Assembly (NCBI GenBank): GCA_035480055.1
Contig: DATIIB010000009.1
Location: forward strand, 21,068 to 85,067
Direction: 5' to 3'
Length of the DNA stretch: 64,000 bases
Origin: Candidatus Saccharimonadales bacterium
GTDB taxonomy: Bacteria; Patescibacteriota; Saccharimonadia; Saccharimonadales; DASZAF01
Shown here in pieces: positions 36,683 through 46,300 of the stretch (position 1 is the stretch's first letter; the number at the start of each line of letters is the position of its first letter). Made by a program: the position numbers and the translations under genes. The notes below the pieces were generated by a model. That model had not been told where the DNA came from. It saw nothing but the letters and a program-made list of their open reading frames with translations, and searched no databases.

Positions 36683-37717
36683 ATGGTAAAACGATCATGG
36701 GTGCCAGACTACAAACTACCTGTCTGGGCAATGCGTAGTAAATATTACCTGATGGAATTTATTGCAGCCCTGGGTGGTTTGCTGGTGACAACAGTGATCC
36801 TCGACAGAGTGCTTTTTGGCATTACGCGGTATCTCGCTGATTCCCAAGGGACACGCAGCGTCGGCGATCAGCTCAACCTCTGGGCCGTGGCCTTTCTGAT
36901 CGTTGCTTTACCTGTCACGCTTTTATTTTACAAGCGTTCTCGTTTTGAAGAGCTGGAGCGTCCAGCGGTTGCAACCACCAAGCTGCGTCGTTTCTTTTTG
37001 TACATCTTTATGTTGGCCATGTTGGCTGGATCTGTACTGTTTGCGGTCTATGCACTGTACACGCTACTTTCTGCACTACTCGGGGCGACCGAAATAGGCG
37101 ATGCACTGTTGCAGCAGACGTTGCCCGCTGCACTGGCGGCAGGTTTGAACGGATTTGTTTTTCGCAGTCTGATGCGAGTTGATAGTCCTACGCACATAAA
37201 AGAGTTCGCCGTACTGTACGGAGGTATAGGGGTTGTGCTGTTGGTTGCGTTGCTGGTGATGACCAGTGTGCAGGCGCGCAGTAGTCTGGTTGATGAAAAA
37301 ACAAGTAACGACCTCCAAACGGTAAGCGCTCAGGTGGAAGAATACTACAGCCAAAAAGGCCAGTTACCCAATAATCTTTCTGACCTCACTCTCGACAAGT
37401 CTTTGCTGCGACGAGGCGAAAAGCACGGATACACCTTCTCAAAGCGTAGTGCGCAGAGTTATCGTTTGTGCGCGACGTTTAAAAGTAAGCGGACTGACGC
37501 AATAAACGCTGACGTGACACCTGCTCCTTTGAAGCGGAGTACGCTGATACCAACAGAAACCAATTTTACGGTGCATGATGCAGGCAACTACTGCTTTACC
37601 ATAAACGCGGGAGTCGGTGCAGTGCCGTATACAGATGGCTATCCTCCAACCACTCCTGATGCATCTTCAGACTCAACAAATTCGACCCTGCAAGACCAGA
37701 GCACGGGCGCCTATTAA
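36683..37717 (+). CDS. Membrane protein: DUF5671-like multi-TM N-terminal domain fused to a pilin-like C-terminal domain
   Basis: Four or more TM helices, then DLQTVSAQVEEYYSQKGQLPNNLSDL ... YRLCATF ... NYCFTI. This resembles the globular domain of CPR type IV pilin-like proteins, with two Cys. GGAGGG SD lies 6 nt before ATG 36683. Confidence 0.55.
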   Translation: MVKRSWVPDYKLPVWAMRSKYYLMEFIAALGGLLVTTVILDRVLFGITRYLADSQGTRSVGDQLNLWAVAFLIVALPVTLLFYKRSRFEELERPAVATTKLRRFFLYIFMLAMLAGSVLFAVYALYTLLSALLGATEIGDALLQQTLPAALAAGLNGFVFRSLMRVDSPTHIKEFAVLYGGIGVVLLVALLVMTSVQARSSLVDEKTSNDLQTVSAQVEEYYSQKGQLPNNLSDLTLDKSLLRRGEKHGYTFSKRSAQSYRLCATFKSKRTDAINADVTPAPLKRSTLIPTETNFTVHDAGNYCFTINAGVGAVPYTDGYPPTTPDASSDSTNSTLQDQSTGAY

Positions 37718-37765
37718 TCGCAGTGCTGGTTTACCTACGGCTGTTTATACTATAATGTAAAGATC

Positions 37766-38056
37766 ATGTCACAGATTACATTAGAGGAAGTGTACGCCCT
37801 TGCTCGATTGGCGAAAATTTCGTTAACCGAGCCGCAGGCCAAACAAATGCAGCAAGAAATCTCCCAAATTCTTGGCTTTGCCCAGCAATTAAATGCGGTA
37901 GATGTTAAAGATCTGGAGCCGACCTATCAAGTTACTGGACTCAAAAACGTCACCCGTGAAGATAAAATAATTGATTATGGCGTGACTCCGGCGGATCTGT
38001 TGCAAAATGCGCCGTCTCAGCAAGATGGCAGCCTGAAAGTAAAGCGGGTCTTATAG
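37766..38056 (+). CDS. gatC: Asp/Glu-tRNA amidotransferase subunit C
   Basis: Length 96 aa, VYALARLAKISLTEPQAKQMQQEISQILGFAQQLNAVD, position directly upstream of gatA. Confidence 0.9.
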   Translation: MSQITLEEVYALARLAKISLTEPQAKQMQQEISQILGFAQQLNAVDVKDLEPTYQVTGLKNVTREDKIIDYGVTPADLLQNAPSQQDGSLKVKRVL

Positions 38057-38059
38057 TTT

Positions 38060-39481
38060 ATGAACGAACGAACATCGCAGATTATTCCTATTGTGCGTGC
38101 CGTAAAAGCCGGCACCACCACCGCGCGTCAACAAGTTGAGGCAGCAATAGCTCGGATTGCCGAAAAGGAAAAGTATCATACTGTGCTCGAAGTCGTAGCT
38201 GACCGCGCGCTGGCCAGAGCTGACGCAATTGATCGCGCGGTGCAATCGGGAGAATTGGTGGGACAATTAGCAGGCGTCCCTTTTATTGTGAAGGATAACA
38301 TTCTGACCCTCGGAAGCACCACCACGGCTGGCAGCAATATTCTGAAGAACTTCAAGGCGCCGTATCAAGCGACAGTGATTGAACGACTGGAAGCCGAAGG
38401 GGCGATTGTGGTGGCTAAGGCCAACCTTGACTCCTTTGGTCACGGATCAAGCACCGAGAACAGTGACTTTGGCCCATCCAAAAACCCGCATGATGTCACT
38501 CGAGTACCAGGTGGTTCGTCCGGTGGTTCAGCAGCAGCGGTAGCGCTTGATATCGTTCCTTTTGCACTCGGCACAGACACCGGTGGTTCGATTCGCCAGC
38601 CAGCCAGCTTTAGCGGCGTGCTCGGACTGAAGCCAACATATGGCGCTGTTTCGCGCTTTGGGGTGGTGGCCATGGCCAGCTCAACAGATACCGTTGGCCC
38701 ACTTGCCAAAAGTGCGTATGACGCACAGCTCGTTATGGACATCATGAGCGGAGTTGACGAACGCGATGCAACCAGCATCGAGACTGCTCGCACCCAGACT
38801 CCTCTCGACCTTCACGAACTCAGAGTCGGCGTGATCAAACAGCACATGGGCGAAGGCGTACAGCCAGAGGTCAAAGCCGAAGTCCAAGCTGCTGTCGCCC
38901 GGCTTCAGGCCGCAGGCGCCACAGTCAGCGAGATTGATCTTCCGTCGCTTGAACTGGCATTGCCGGCGTATTACATTATTGTGCCAGCCGAAATCAGCTC
39001 AAACTTAGCTCGATATGATGGAATAAAATTTGGTCATGTCGCCAAAGATGCCAATGACCTAAGTGAGCAATATGCCCAGACGCGTGCTGAGGGCTTTAAT
39101 AACGAAAACATCCGCCGCATTATGATCGGCACCTACGTACTTTCCAGCGGCTACTACGACGCCTACTACCGCAAGGCCCAGACCGTTCGGACGTTGATTA
39201 TCAACGAATTTAATCAGGCGTTCCAAAACGTTGATATCCTAGTCGGCCCAACCGCGCCAACCACCGCCTTCAAACTTGGCGAGCATAGCGCTGATCCACT
39301 CGAGATGTATGTTGCCGATGTCATGACCGTTGGAGTGAGCCTGGCAGGCTTGCCAGCAGCGAGCGTGCCCGTGGGCATCTCTGCCGGTCTTCCGGTGGGT
39401 ATGCAGGTGATCGCTCCGCAACGCCAGGATGCCAAGGTGCTGGCAGTGGCGGACGCGCTGATGAAGGAGGTGAGTGCATGA
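38060..39481 (+). CDS. gatA: Asp/Glu-tRNA amidotransferase subunit A
   Basis: Amidase signature GGSSGGSAAAVA ... GTDTGGSIRQPA. Confidence 0.96.
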   Translation: MNERTSQIIPIVRAVKAGTTTARQQVEAAIARIAEKEKYHTVLEVVADRALARADAIDRAVQSGELVGQLAGVPFIVKDNILTLGSTTTAGSNILKNFKAPYQATVIERLEAEGAIVVAKANLDSFGHGSSTENSDFGPSKNPHDVTRVPGGSSGGSAAAVALDIVPFALGTDTGGSIRQPASFSGVLGLKPTYGAVSRFGVVAMASSTDTVGPLAKSAYDAQLVMDIMSGVDERDATSIETARTQTPLDLHELRVGVIKQHMGEGVQPEVKAEVQAAVARLQAAGATVSEIDLPSLELALPAYYIIVPAEISSNLARYDGIKFGHVAKDANDLSEQYAQTRAEGFNNENIRRIMIGTYVLSSGYYDAYYRKAQTVRTLIINEFNQAFQNVDILVGPTAPTTAFKLGEHSADPLEMYVADVMTVGVSLAGLPAASVPVGISAGLPVGMQVIAPQRQDAKVLAVADALMKEVSA

Positions 39482-39894
39482 TACTTCTTTTTGAACTGAT
39501 TATGGGATTGATTATCCTGGGCGCGATTGGTCTCTTTATTTGGACGCTTCGTTCTCGGCATACGCGCACCTTGGACATCGGCTACTACAAAGGGCAGTGG
39601 GCCAAAGTACTCAAAACCCTTAGCACCGGTGAGCAGGGCTGGCGGCTGGCGATTATCGATGCCGATAAGCTGCTTGATCAGGCTTTGCGACAGCATGGCG
39701 CCAAAGGCGAGACGCTTGGTGATCGGCTCCGCGACCGCGAAAAACTTTTTTCTAAATACAATGATCTCTGGGCAGCACACAAACTGCGCAACAAGCTGGT
39801 GCACGAGCCTCAAGTAAATCTTTCTAAGGCTATGGCCGGACGAGCTTTGCAAGAATTTCAGCGTGCCTTGAAAGAATTAGGAGCTTTGGCATGA
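39478..39894 (+). CDS. Small TM-anchored protein with HEPN/DUF4145-like helical domain, embedded in the gat operon
   Basis: N-terminal TM helix LFELIMGLIILGAIGLFIWTL. The helical domain carries LWAAHKLRNKLVHE (an R-x4-H motif). ATGA start/stop overlaps occur at both junctions (39478-39481 with gatA, 39891-39894 with gatB). Confidence 0.65.
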   Translation: MILLFELIMGLIILGAIGLFIWTLRSRHTRTLDIGYYKGQWAKVLKTLSTGEQGWRLAIIDADKLLDQALRQHGAKGETLGDRLRDREKLFSKYNDLWAAHKLRNKLVHEPQVNLSKAMAGRALQEFQRALKELGALA

Positions 39895-41384
39895 TCGACC
39901 GCAGTGTATTTGATCAATATGAACCAACCATTGGGATTGAGTGCCATGTACAACTTTTGACCGACACCAAATTGTTTAGTGGCGCAGACAATGACGCCCG
40001 CGATAAAGCGCCGAATAGCCCTGGCGTGGTGTCGCCAATCTGTTTTGGCCTGCCGGGCACTTTGCCAGTGCTCAACCAGCGAGCTATAGACCTGTGCATT
40101 CGCGCTGGCGTGGCGTTGAACGCCGAAGTAGCACCGGTGAGTAGCTTTGATCGCAAGCATTATTTTTATCCAGATCTTCCCAAAGGCTACCAGATCACTC
40201 AGCTTCACCGGCCAATCATTGGCAAAGGCGTCGTAGAAGTTCCTGTTGGCGACCAAGTGGTGGAGGTACGAATCCACCATGCGCACCTTGAGGAAGATGC
40301 TGGCAAATCTATTCACCCAGCTGGCGCCGACTACAGTTTGGTTGATTACAACCGGGCAGGTACGCCGCTGATCGAAATCGTCTCCGAACCTGACATCCAC
40401 AGCGCTGCTGAAGCTAAAGCATACGTGCAGGAGTTGAACTACTTAATGCGCTATGCAGGGGTGACGCTTGGCAACTTGTATTACGGTAACCAGCGGTTTG
40501 ACGTTAACATTTCGGTGGCCAAAAAGGGCGCAACCGCACTTGGTACTCGAGCTGAAGTGAAGAACCTTAACTCATTTCGCTCAGTTGAAAAAGCGGTCGA
40601 GTATGAGTTTAAGCGCCAGGTTGAACTTATAGAACGTGGCGAAAGTGTGGCTCAGGAAACCCGCGGCTGGCACGATGCCAAGCAGAAAACCTTTAGCCAG
40701 CGCAGCAAAGAAGAAGCCGAAGATTATCGTTACTTTCCCGAAGCTGACATTCCCCCGGTGGAAGTCACGCCGGCCCAAATGGAAGCTGCAGCTAAAGAGG
40801 TCACGCCACGGTTGCCATGGACGATTCGTCGTAAGTTAGCGCTGAGCAAGGTGAGCCTGGCCACCACCAATACGCTGCTGGAATTCCCTGATATCATCGA
40901 TGCCTGCCTCGCGATTCAAGCCATGGATAATCCCGAGCTCTTGCAAGCAGCGGTGAATCTGCTGGTTAATACCGAGCTTCGTTTCCGCAAGATTGGCGAA
41001 GATGAGCAAGCCGAAATGGCAAGCACCATGCCACCTGCCAACACAATCGCCAGCTTGGTGCAGTTGTACCTGGACAAAAAGCTAAGTTCGAATGGTCTGC
41101 TGGAACTGTACGGCCAACTGCGCACCGAAAAAGACATTGCCTCAGTCGATGTCGCCGTTTTTGCCGAAAAGAGCGGACTTTTGCAGGTCTCTGACACTGG
41201 CGAGATTGAAGCAATCGTGGCTGCCGTGCTGGCTGACCCAGCTTCTGCCAAAGCCGTCGCCGATGTGAAAGCTGGCGAGCAAAAAGCAATTGGCTTTTTG
41301 GTGGGCAAAGTAATGCAACAGAGTAAGGGCAAAGCCAATCCGGCCATGGCCAAAGAGATTATCACTACGCAACTCCAGATTTAA
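39891..41384 (+). CDS. gatB: Asp/Glu-tRNA amidotransferase subunit B
   Basis: YEPTIGIECHVQL, YFYPDLPKGYQITQ, HLEEDAGK, C-terminal YqeY-like tail. Confidence 0.96.
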   Translation: MIDRSVFDQYEPTIGIECHVQLLTDTKLFSGADNDARDKAPNSPGVVSPICFGLPGTLPVLNQRAIDLCIRAGVALNAEVAPVSSFDRKHYFYPDLPKGYQITQLHRPIIGKGVVEVPVGDQVVEVRIHHAHLEEDAGKSIHPAGADYSLVDYNRAGTPLIEIVSEPDIHSAAEAKAYVQELNYLMRYAGVTLGNLYYGNQRFDVNISVAKKGATALGTRAEVKNLNSFRSVEKAVEYEFKRQVELIERGESVAQETRGWHDAKQKTFSQRSKEEAEDYRYFPEADIPPVEVTPAQMEAAAKEVTPRLPWTIRRKLALSKVSLATTNTLLEFPDIIDACLAIQAMDNPELLQAAVNLLVNTELRFRKIGEDEQAEMASTMPPANTIASLVQLYLDKKLSSNGLLELYGQLRTEKDIASVDVAVFAEKSGLLQVSDTGEIEAIVAAVLADPASAKAVADVKAGEQKAIGFLVGKVMQQSKGKANPAMAKEIITTQLQI

Positions 41385-41407
41385 TCTTTACGCTGGGCAG
41401 AAGCGTG

Positions 41408-41413
41408 TAGAAT
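41408..41413 (+). promoter_or_regulatory. -10 box TAGAAT 6 nt upstream of the galU ATG (leaderless-type)
   Basis: gtgTAGAATagatccATG. No SD is possible in the 6-nt spacer. Confidence 0.45.
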
Positions 41414-41419
41414 AGATCC

Positions 41420-42298
41420 ATGACTAAAGTACGAAAAGCAATCGTGGCAGCGGCGGGCATGGGTACTCGCTTCTTGCCTCAAACAAAAGCAATGCCCAAA
41501 GAGATGTTGCCAATTGTCGACAAACCGGTCATCCAAATTATTGTCGAACAACTGGTTGCTGCTGGCGTGACCGACGTTATCATAGTGACCGGGTCGAACA
41601 AGCGGGCTGTCGAAGATCACTTTGACCGTTCCGAAGAGCTCGAAAACGAACTCCGCCAAAAAGGCAAAGATGAATTTGCTGAGCAAATAAAAGAAGTGGC
41701 CGAGATGGCGAACTTTATTTATTTGCGCCAAAAAGGTGAGCCAAAGGGCAATGCCCGACCATTATTGAATGCCCGGCACTTGATTGGTGACGAGCCGTTT
41801 TTTGTTGTCTTTGCGGATGACTTCTTTCGTTGCGATGTCCCGTATCCTCAGCAGCTATTGAATACGTATGAAAAAACTGGCCAGACAGTGATCTCACTTA
41901 CCGAAGTCCAACCGGCCGACAGCACTCGCCTTGGCATGGTGGTGACCGGTGAGCAAATTGATGAACGCACTTATAGACTGAGCAGCCTGGTTGAGAAACC
42001 TGGACCGGACAAGACGCCTTCACTCCTGGCGACCGTGGGTAGTTTTTTGCTTACGCAGGATATCTGGCCGCTGGTTGAAGAATTGCAGCCTGGTGTGGCT
42101 GGCGAACTGGTGCTGGCGGATGCCATTAACGAACTGGCTAAAACCAAGCCGGTGTATGGGCATGTGATCGATGGCGTTTGGCATGATGCGGGAAGTAAGA
42201 TGGGGTATTTGGAGGCAGTGGTTGATCATGCCTTGCTCGATCCAAAATTTGGGACAACTTTTCGCCACTATTTGCAAAAACGGTTGCAGGAAGAATAG
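41420..42298 (+). CDS. galU: UTP--glucose-1-phosphate uridylyltransferase
   Basis: KAIVAAAGMGTRFLPQTKAMPKEMLPIVDKPVIQ. Confidence 0.93.
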   Translation: MTKVRKAIVAAAGMGTRFLPQTKAMPKEMLPIVDKPVIQIIVEQLVAAGVTDVIIVTGSNKRAVEDHFDRSEELENELRQKGKDEFAEQIKEVAEMANFIYLRQKGEPKGNARPLLNARHLIGDEPFFVVFADDFFRCDVPYPQQLLNTYEKTGQTVISLTEVQPADSTRLGMVVTGEQIDERTYRLSSLVEKPGPDKTPSLLATVGSFLLTQDIWPLVEELQPGVAGELVLADAINELAKTKPVYGHVIDGVWHDAGSKMGYLEAVVDHALLDPKFGTTFRHYLQKRLQEE

Positions 42299-42321
42299 CC
42301 GCGATATGATACCATATAGGT

Positions 42322-42564
42322 ATGGATGCATTTGAAATACTCGTGCTTATACTAGGGATCATGCTCGCGTTGTTCCTGCTCTTAGGAATTGTGGCCGGAG
42401 TCTATATCGTGAAGGTGATGCGCCACGTTGAGGCGATCACTCAAAAGGCTGAAAACGCGGCCAGCTATGCCGAATCGGCTGGCAAAACAATTGCAAGCGC
42501 AATGAGCCCGACACTGGTGGCAGCTGCGATTTTCAAGCAAGTTAAAAAGACATTTGGTAAATAA
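42322..42564 (+). CDS. DUF948-like small membrane protein
   Basis: Single N-terminal TM helix followed by a short helical tail. The architecture matches DUF948, with weak sequence support. Confidence 0.5.
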   Translation: MDAFEILVLILGIMLALFLLLGIVAGVYIVKVMRHVEAITQKAENAASYAESAGKTIASAMSPTLVAAAIFKQVKKTFGK

Positions 42565-42574
42565 GGAGACAGTT

Positions 42575-43021
42575 ATGGCACAGCACAAAGAAGGTAAAGG
42601 TAGCGGTAAATTTGTTCTTGGGGCAGCACTCGGCGCGGCTGTAGGCGCCATCACCGCGCTACTCACCGCCCCAAAAAGTGGTAAAGAAACTCGCGAAGAT
42701 CTCAAAAACAAAGCTACCGAGATGAGCCATGAGGCCATGCGCCAACTCCGTAAACTGGAAGGTGAATTGAACAAGCGTATCTCTGATGCCAAGCGCTTGG
42801 TTGGTAAGCTTGAAGGCAATGCACGGACCGAAGTGGAATCACTGATTACCCGGGCAGAACGCATGCGTGACCGCGCGATGAAGATGGCCGAAGACATCAA
42901 GAACGACACCAAAAAGCAGCTCGACGAGAAATTTATGAGTGACGCCAAAGCCGTGTTAGATGACCTGCAGGACATCAAGCAACACGTCAGCGACCGCGCT
43001 AAAAAAGAAGCTAAGAAGTAG
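42575..43021 (+). CDS. YtxH domain-containing protein
   Basis: GKFVLGAALGAAVGAITALLTAPKSGKETREDLKNKA is the YtxH signature, followed by a Lys/Glu-rich coiled coil. AAGGAG SD precedes ATG 42575. Confidence 0.8.
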   Translation: MAQHKEGKGSGKFVLGAALGAAVGAITALLTAPKSGKETREDLKNKATEMSHEAMRQLRKLEGELNKRISDAKRLVGKLEGNARTEVESLITRAERMRDRAMKMAEDIKNDTKKQLDEKFMSDAKAVLDDLQDIKQHVSDRAKKEAKK

Positions 43022-43032
43022 CCCTTACTCCT

Positions 43033-43314
43033 GTGGCAAGGCAATCGTTTACCCAAAAAACAAGCGATACCATTGCCAAAGGGGCAATGGCTGGTGTGCT
43101 CGACGACCTTTTTCAGAATATGTATTCGCGCCGTTGGCAAATCTACAAAATGAACTTTGTCCGTGGTATGGTCTTTGGCTTTGGTGGTGTGCTGGGCGGG
43201 ACTATTTTGGTGGTGATTCTTATTTGGACCTTGTCTCTTTTTGACCATCTGCCGGTCATCGGTCACTTTGTGGAAACCGTGCGGCACTCGCTGGAAACAG
43301 CTCAGAAAAAGTAG
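43033..43314 (+). CDS. DUF5665 domain-containing membrane protein
   Basis: NFVRGMVFGFGGVLGGTILVVILIWTL ... LPVIGHFV matches the DUF5665 pattern as I remember it. GTG start as listed. Confidence 0.65.
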   Translation: MARQSFTQKTSDTIAKGAMAGVLDDLFQNMYSRRWQIYKMNFVRGMVFGFGGVLGGTILVVILIWTLSLFDHLPVIGHFVETVRHSLETAQKK

Positions 43315-43385
43315 CGGTGGTGTGCAAAAAACCACAGCCCTCGCTTCGCCCTGCGTGCTATAATTGAACAAACGGGGGTAAAAAG

Positions 43386-46300
43386 GTGAGTAAAGCGGCA
43401 ACCGATTTGCAGGCTAGTGATTACGTGCATTTGCACAACCACACGCACTATAGCGTGCTGGATGGTTTGCAAAAGGTTCCCGAAACCCTTAGCCGTGCGC
43501 AAGATATGGGCATGGAGGCTATGGCAATTACCGACCATGGCACACTCTCTGGCGCCATCGAATTCTACAAGGTCGCTCAAGACAAAGGGATGAAGCCGAT
43601 TATCGGCATGGAAACCTATGTCGCCCCGCGCACCATTGCCGACAAAGATCCAGCTAAAGACAAAGCCCGCTATCACTTAATTCTCTTGGCCATGAATCAG
43701 AAAGGGCTCGAGAATCTCTTCCGGCTCAGCTCGATTGCCTGGCTGGAAGGCTACTATTACAAACAGCGTATCGACCATCTGCTGCTGGAACGCTACAACG
43801 AAGGGCTGATCGTGCTCTCTGGCTGTATTGGTGGAGAGGTCGGTGAACATTTGCGACAAGATCAAGACGACAAGGCATACGAATTTGCCAAATGGTACAA
43901 GTCGATTTTTGGCGATCGCTATTACATTGAAGTGCAGGATCATGGCCACCCAGATCATCCGCATAAGTGGGATGAGCAGATTAAGGTTAATCAAAAACTG
44001 CTGAAGCTCGCCAAAGATTTAGACATTCCACCGGTGGTGACCTGCGACGCTCACTATGCTTCGCCTGAAGACAAGGATGCGCACGAAATTCTGCTGTGCG
44101 TACAGACTGGGGCAAATCTTAGCGAAGAAAGCCGTTTTAGCCTCAAAGATTTTGACCTGTTTGTCGAAGATCCACAAGCCGTGATCACCCGTTGGGGTAC
44201 CGATCACCCCGAGGTTATTGCCAATACTCGGGCGATTGCGGAACGCTGCGAGATCAAGTTTGACCTGGGCGGTATTCACATTCCAAAATTCGACGTGCCC
44301 GAAGGTCATACCGAAAAGACCTTTCTCGATGAGCTGGTGTATCAAGGATTAGCTGAACGCTACGAAGGCTTGCCGCATGATGAAGCGCATGCGCTCTCGA
44401 TCGAGGAAGCCAAGGCCAAACTCAAAGATGACGTGTTGCAACGCACAGAATATGAGCTGGGTGTGATCGACCGCATGGGCTTTAACGGCTACATGCTGAT
44501 CGTGCAAGATTTTATTAACTGGGGCAAAGACCAGGGGATCATATTTGGACCAGGACGCGGTTCAGCGGCGGGTTCGATTATTGCCTTTGCGCTGCGTATT
44601 ACCGACATTGATCCGCTTAAGTACGATTTGCTGTTTGAGCGTTTTCTCAACCCAGACCGTATTTCGATGCCAGATATTGATGTCGACATTCAAGACACCA
44701 GACGCAATGAGGTCATCGAATACTGCGCCAAAAAGTATGGCAGCTCGCGCGTGAGCAACATTGTGACTTTTGGCACCATGGCTGCTCGGGCCGCGGTACG
44801 CGATGTGGCGCGGACGCTCGAGGTGCCCTATGCCGAAGCTGACCGCTTGGCCAAAATGGTGCCGCAGCCGGTTCAGGGCCGTCATATCCCACTGGCTGTG
44901 TCGATTCAGGAAGATCCTGATCTCAAAAAGGAGTATCAAAATAATCCCACCAGCAAACGGGTCATTGACCTGGCTTCGCGGCTGGAAGGTACCATCCGTA
45001 GCCACGGGGTTCACGCCTGTGGAGTGGTGATTGCGCCCGATGATGTGGTGAAGTTTCTGCCACTCGAAATGGCTCAAAAAGGCGTCGTTGCCACGCAGTT
45101 CCCCATGGGTCAGGTGGAGGAGCTTGGGCTGCTGAAGATGGACTTTTTGGGGCTCTCTAACCTCACGATTATCAAAAACGCGATGCGTATTATCAAAAGG
45201 GTCAATGGCGTTGATATTGACCTGGAAAAAATGCCGCTTGATGATCCAAAAGCCTACGAACTGCTCGCCAGCGGCGATACGACCGGCGTCTTTCAGTTGG
45301 AATCGGCGGGGATGAAGCGCTACTTGAAGGAGCTCAAGCCAACTGTGTTTGATGACATTATCGCCATGGTCGCCCTCTATCGTCCAGGACCGATGCAGTT
45401 TATTGATGACTTTATTGCGCGTAAACACGGCCGCAAGCAAATTACCTACATGCACCCGCTGATGAAAAACGCGTTGGAAAACACCTATGGCATTTTGGTC
45501 TACCAAGAACAGGTCATGCAGATTTCCAAAGAGTTGAGTGGATTTACCGGCGGCCAAGCTGACACCTTGCGTAAGGCGATCGGTAAAAAGAAGATCGATG
45601 TGATGCAAAAGATGAAGGTTGACTTTATTGAAGGCGCGATCAAAAATGGCGCCGAACGGGAGTCGATGGAAAAGTTCTGGAAGCAGCTCGAAGATTTTGC
45701 CGCGTACTGTTTTAACAAATCGCACGCTGCCTGTTACGGACTGATTGCGTACTGGACAGCCTATCTTAAAGCCTATTACCCTGCTGCCTTTATGGCCGCA
45801 CTGATGACCAGTGACCAAGATGACACCGACCGCTTGGCGATCGAGATCACCGAATGCAAACACATGGGCCTTGAAGTCCTTGCGCCAGACGTGAATGAAT
45901 CGTTTGGCGAATTTGCGGTTGTGCCTGGAACCTCGCAGATCCGGTTTGGCTTGAATGCGGTGAAGAACGTTGGCGCCAATGCGGTGGAAACCATTTTGGC
46001 GGCTCGCCAAGCAGGTGGTGAATTTGCGAGCATTGAGGATTATGCCAAGCGTGTTAATTGTCGTATTGTGAACCGCAAGAACTTGGAAAGTCTGATTAAA
46101 GCGGGAGCGTTTGACCGTTACGGTAATCGTTCGGACTTGCTGTTTAATCTTGATGGTATCCTCGCGTTTGCTAGCAAACTGCAAAAGGAAGCCGAAAGCG
46201 GTCAAGCGAACCTGTTTGGCGATATTGGTGAAGCTCTGCCCGCTGCTCACCTGCAACTAGAGAGCGCGCCTACTCAGGTCACCGAGCAAGAAGTGTTGCA

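Noticed and set aside
39214-39852. 212-aa minus-strand ORF across gatA and the inserted gene
   Set aside because: Antisense to gatA, which has an amidase signature, and to the translationally coupled small gene. It is a shadow ORF.
42382-43401. 339-aa minus-strand ORF spanning the three small plus-strand genes
   Set aside because: Ser/Arg/Leu/Cys-rich, low-complexity translation, as expected opposite Lys/Glu/Ala-rich coding sequence. The plus-strand genes carry recognisable YtxH/DUF5665 signatures and SDs.
44562-46256. 564-aa ORF on the minus strand
   Set aside because: It lies entirely antisense to the well-supported dnaE gene. The translated sequence is low-complexity (R/H/G/F/L-rich) with no motifs. 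This is a typical shadow ORF.
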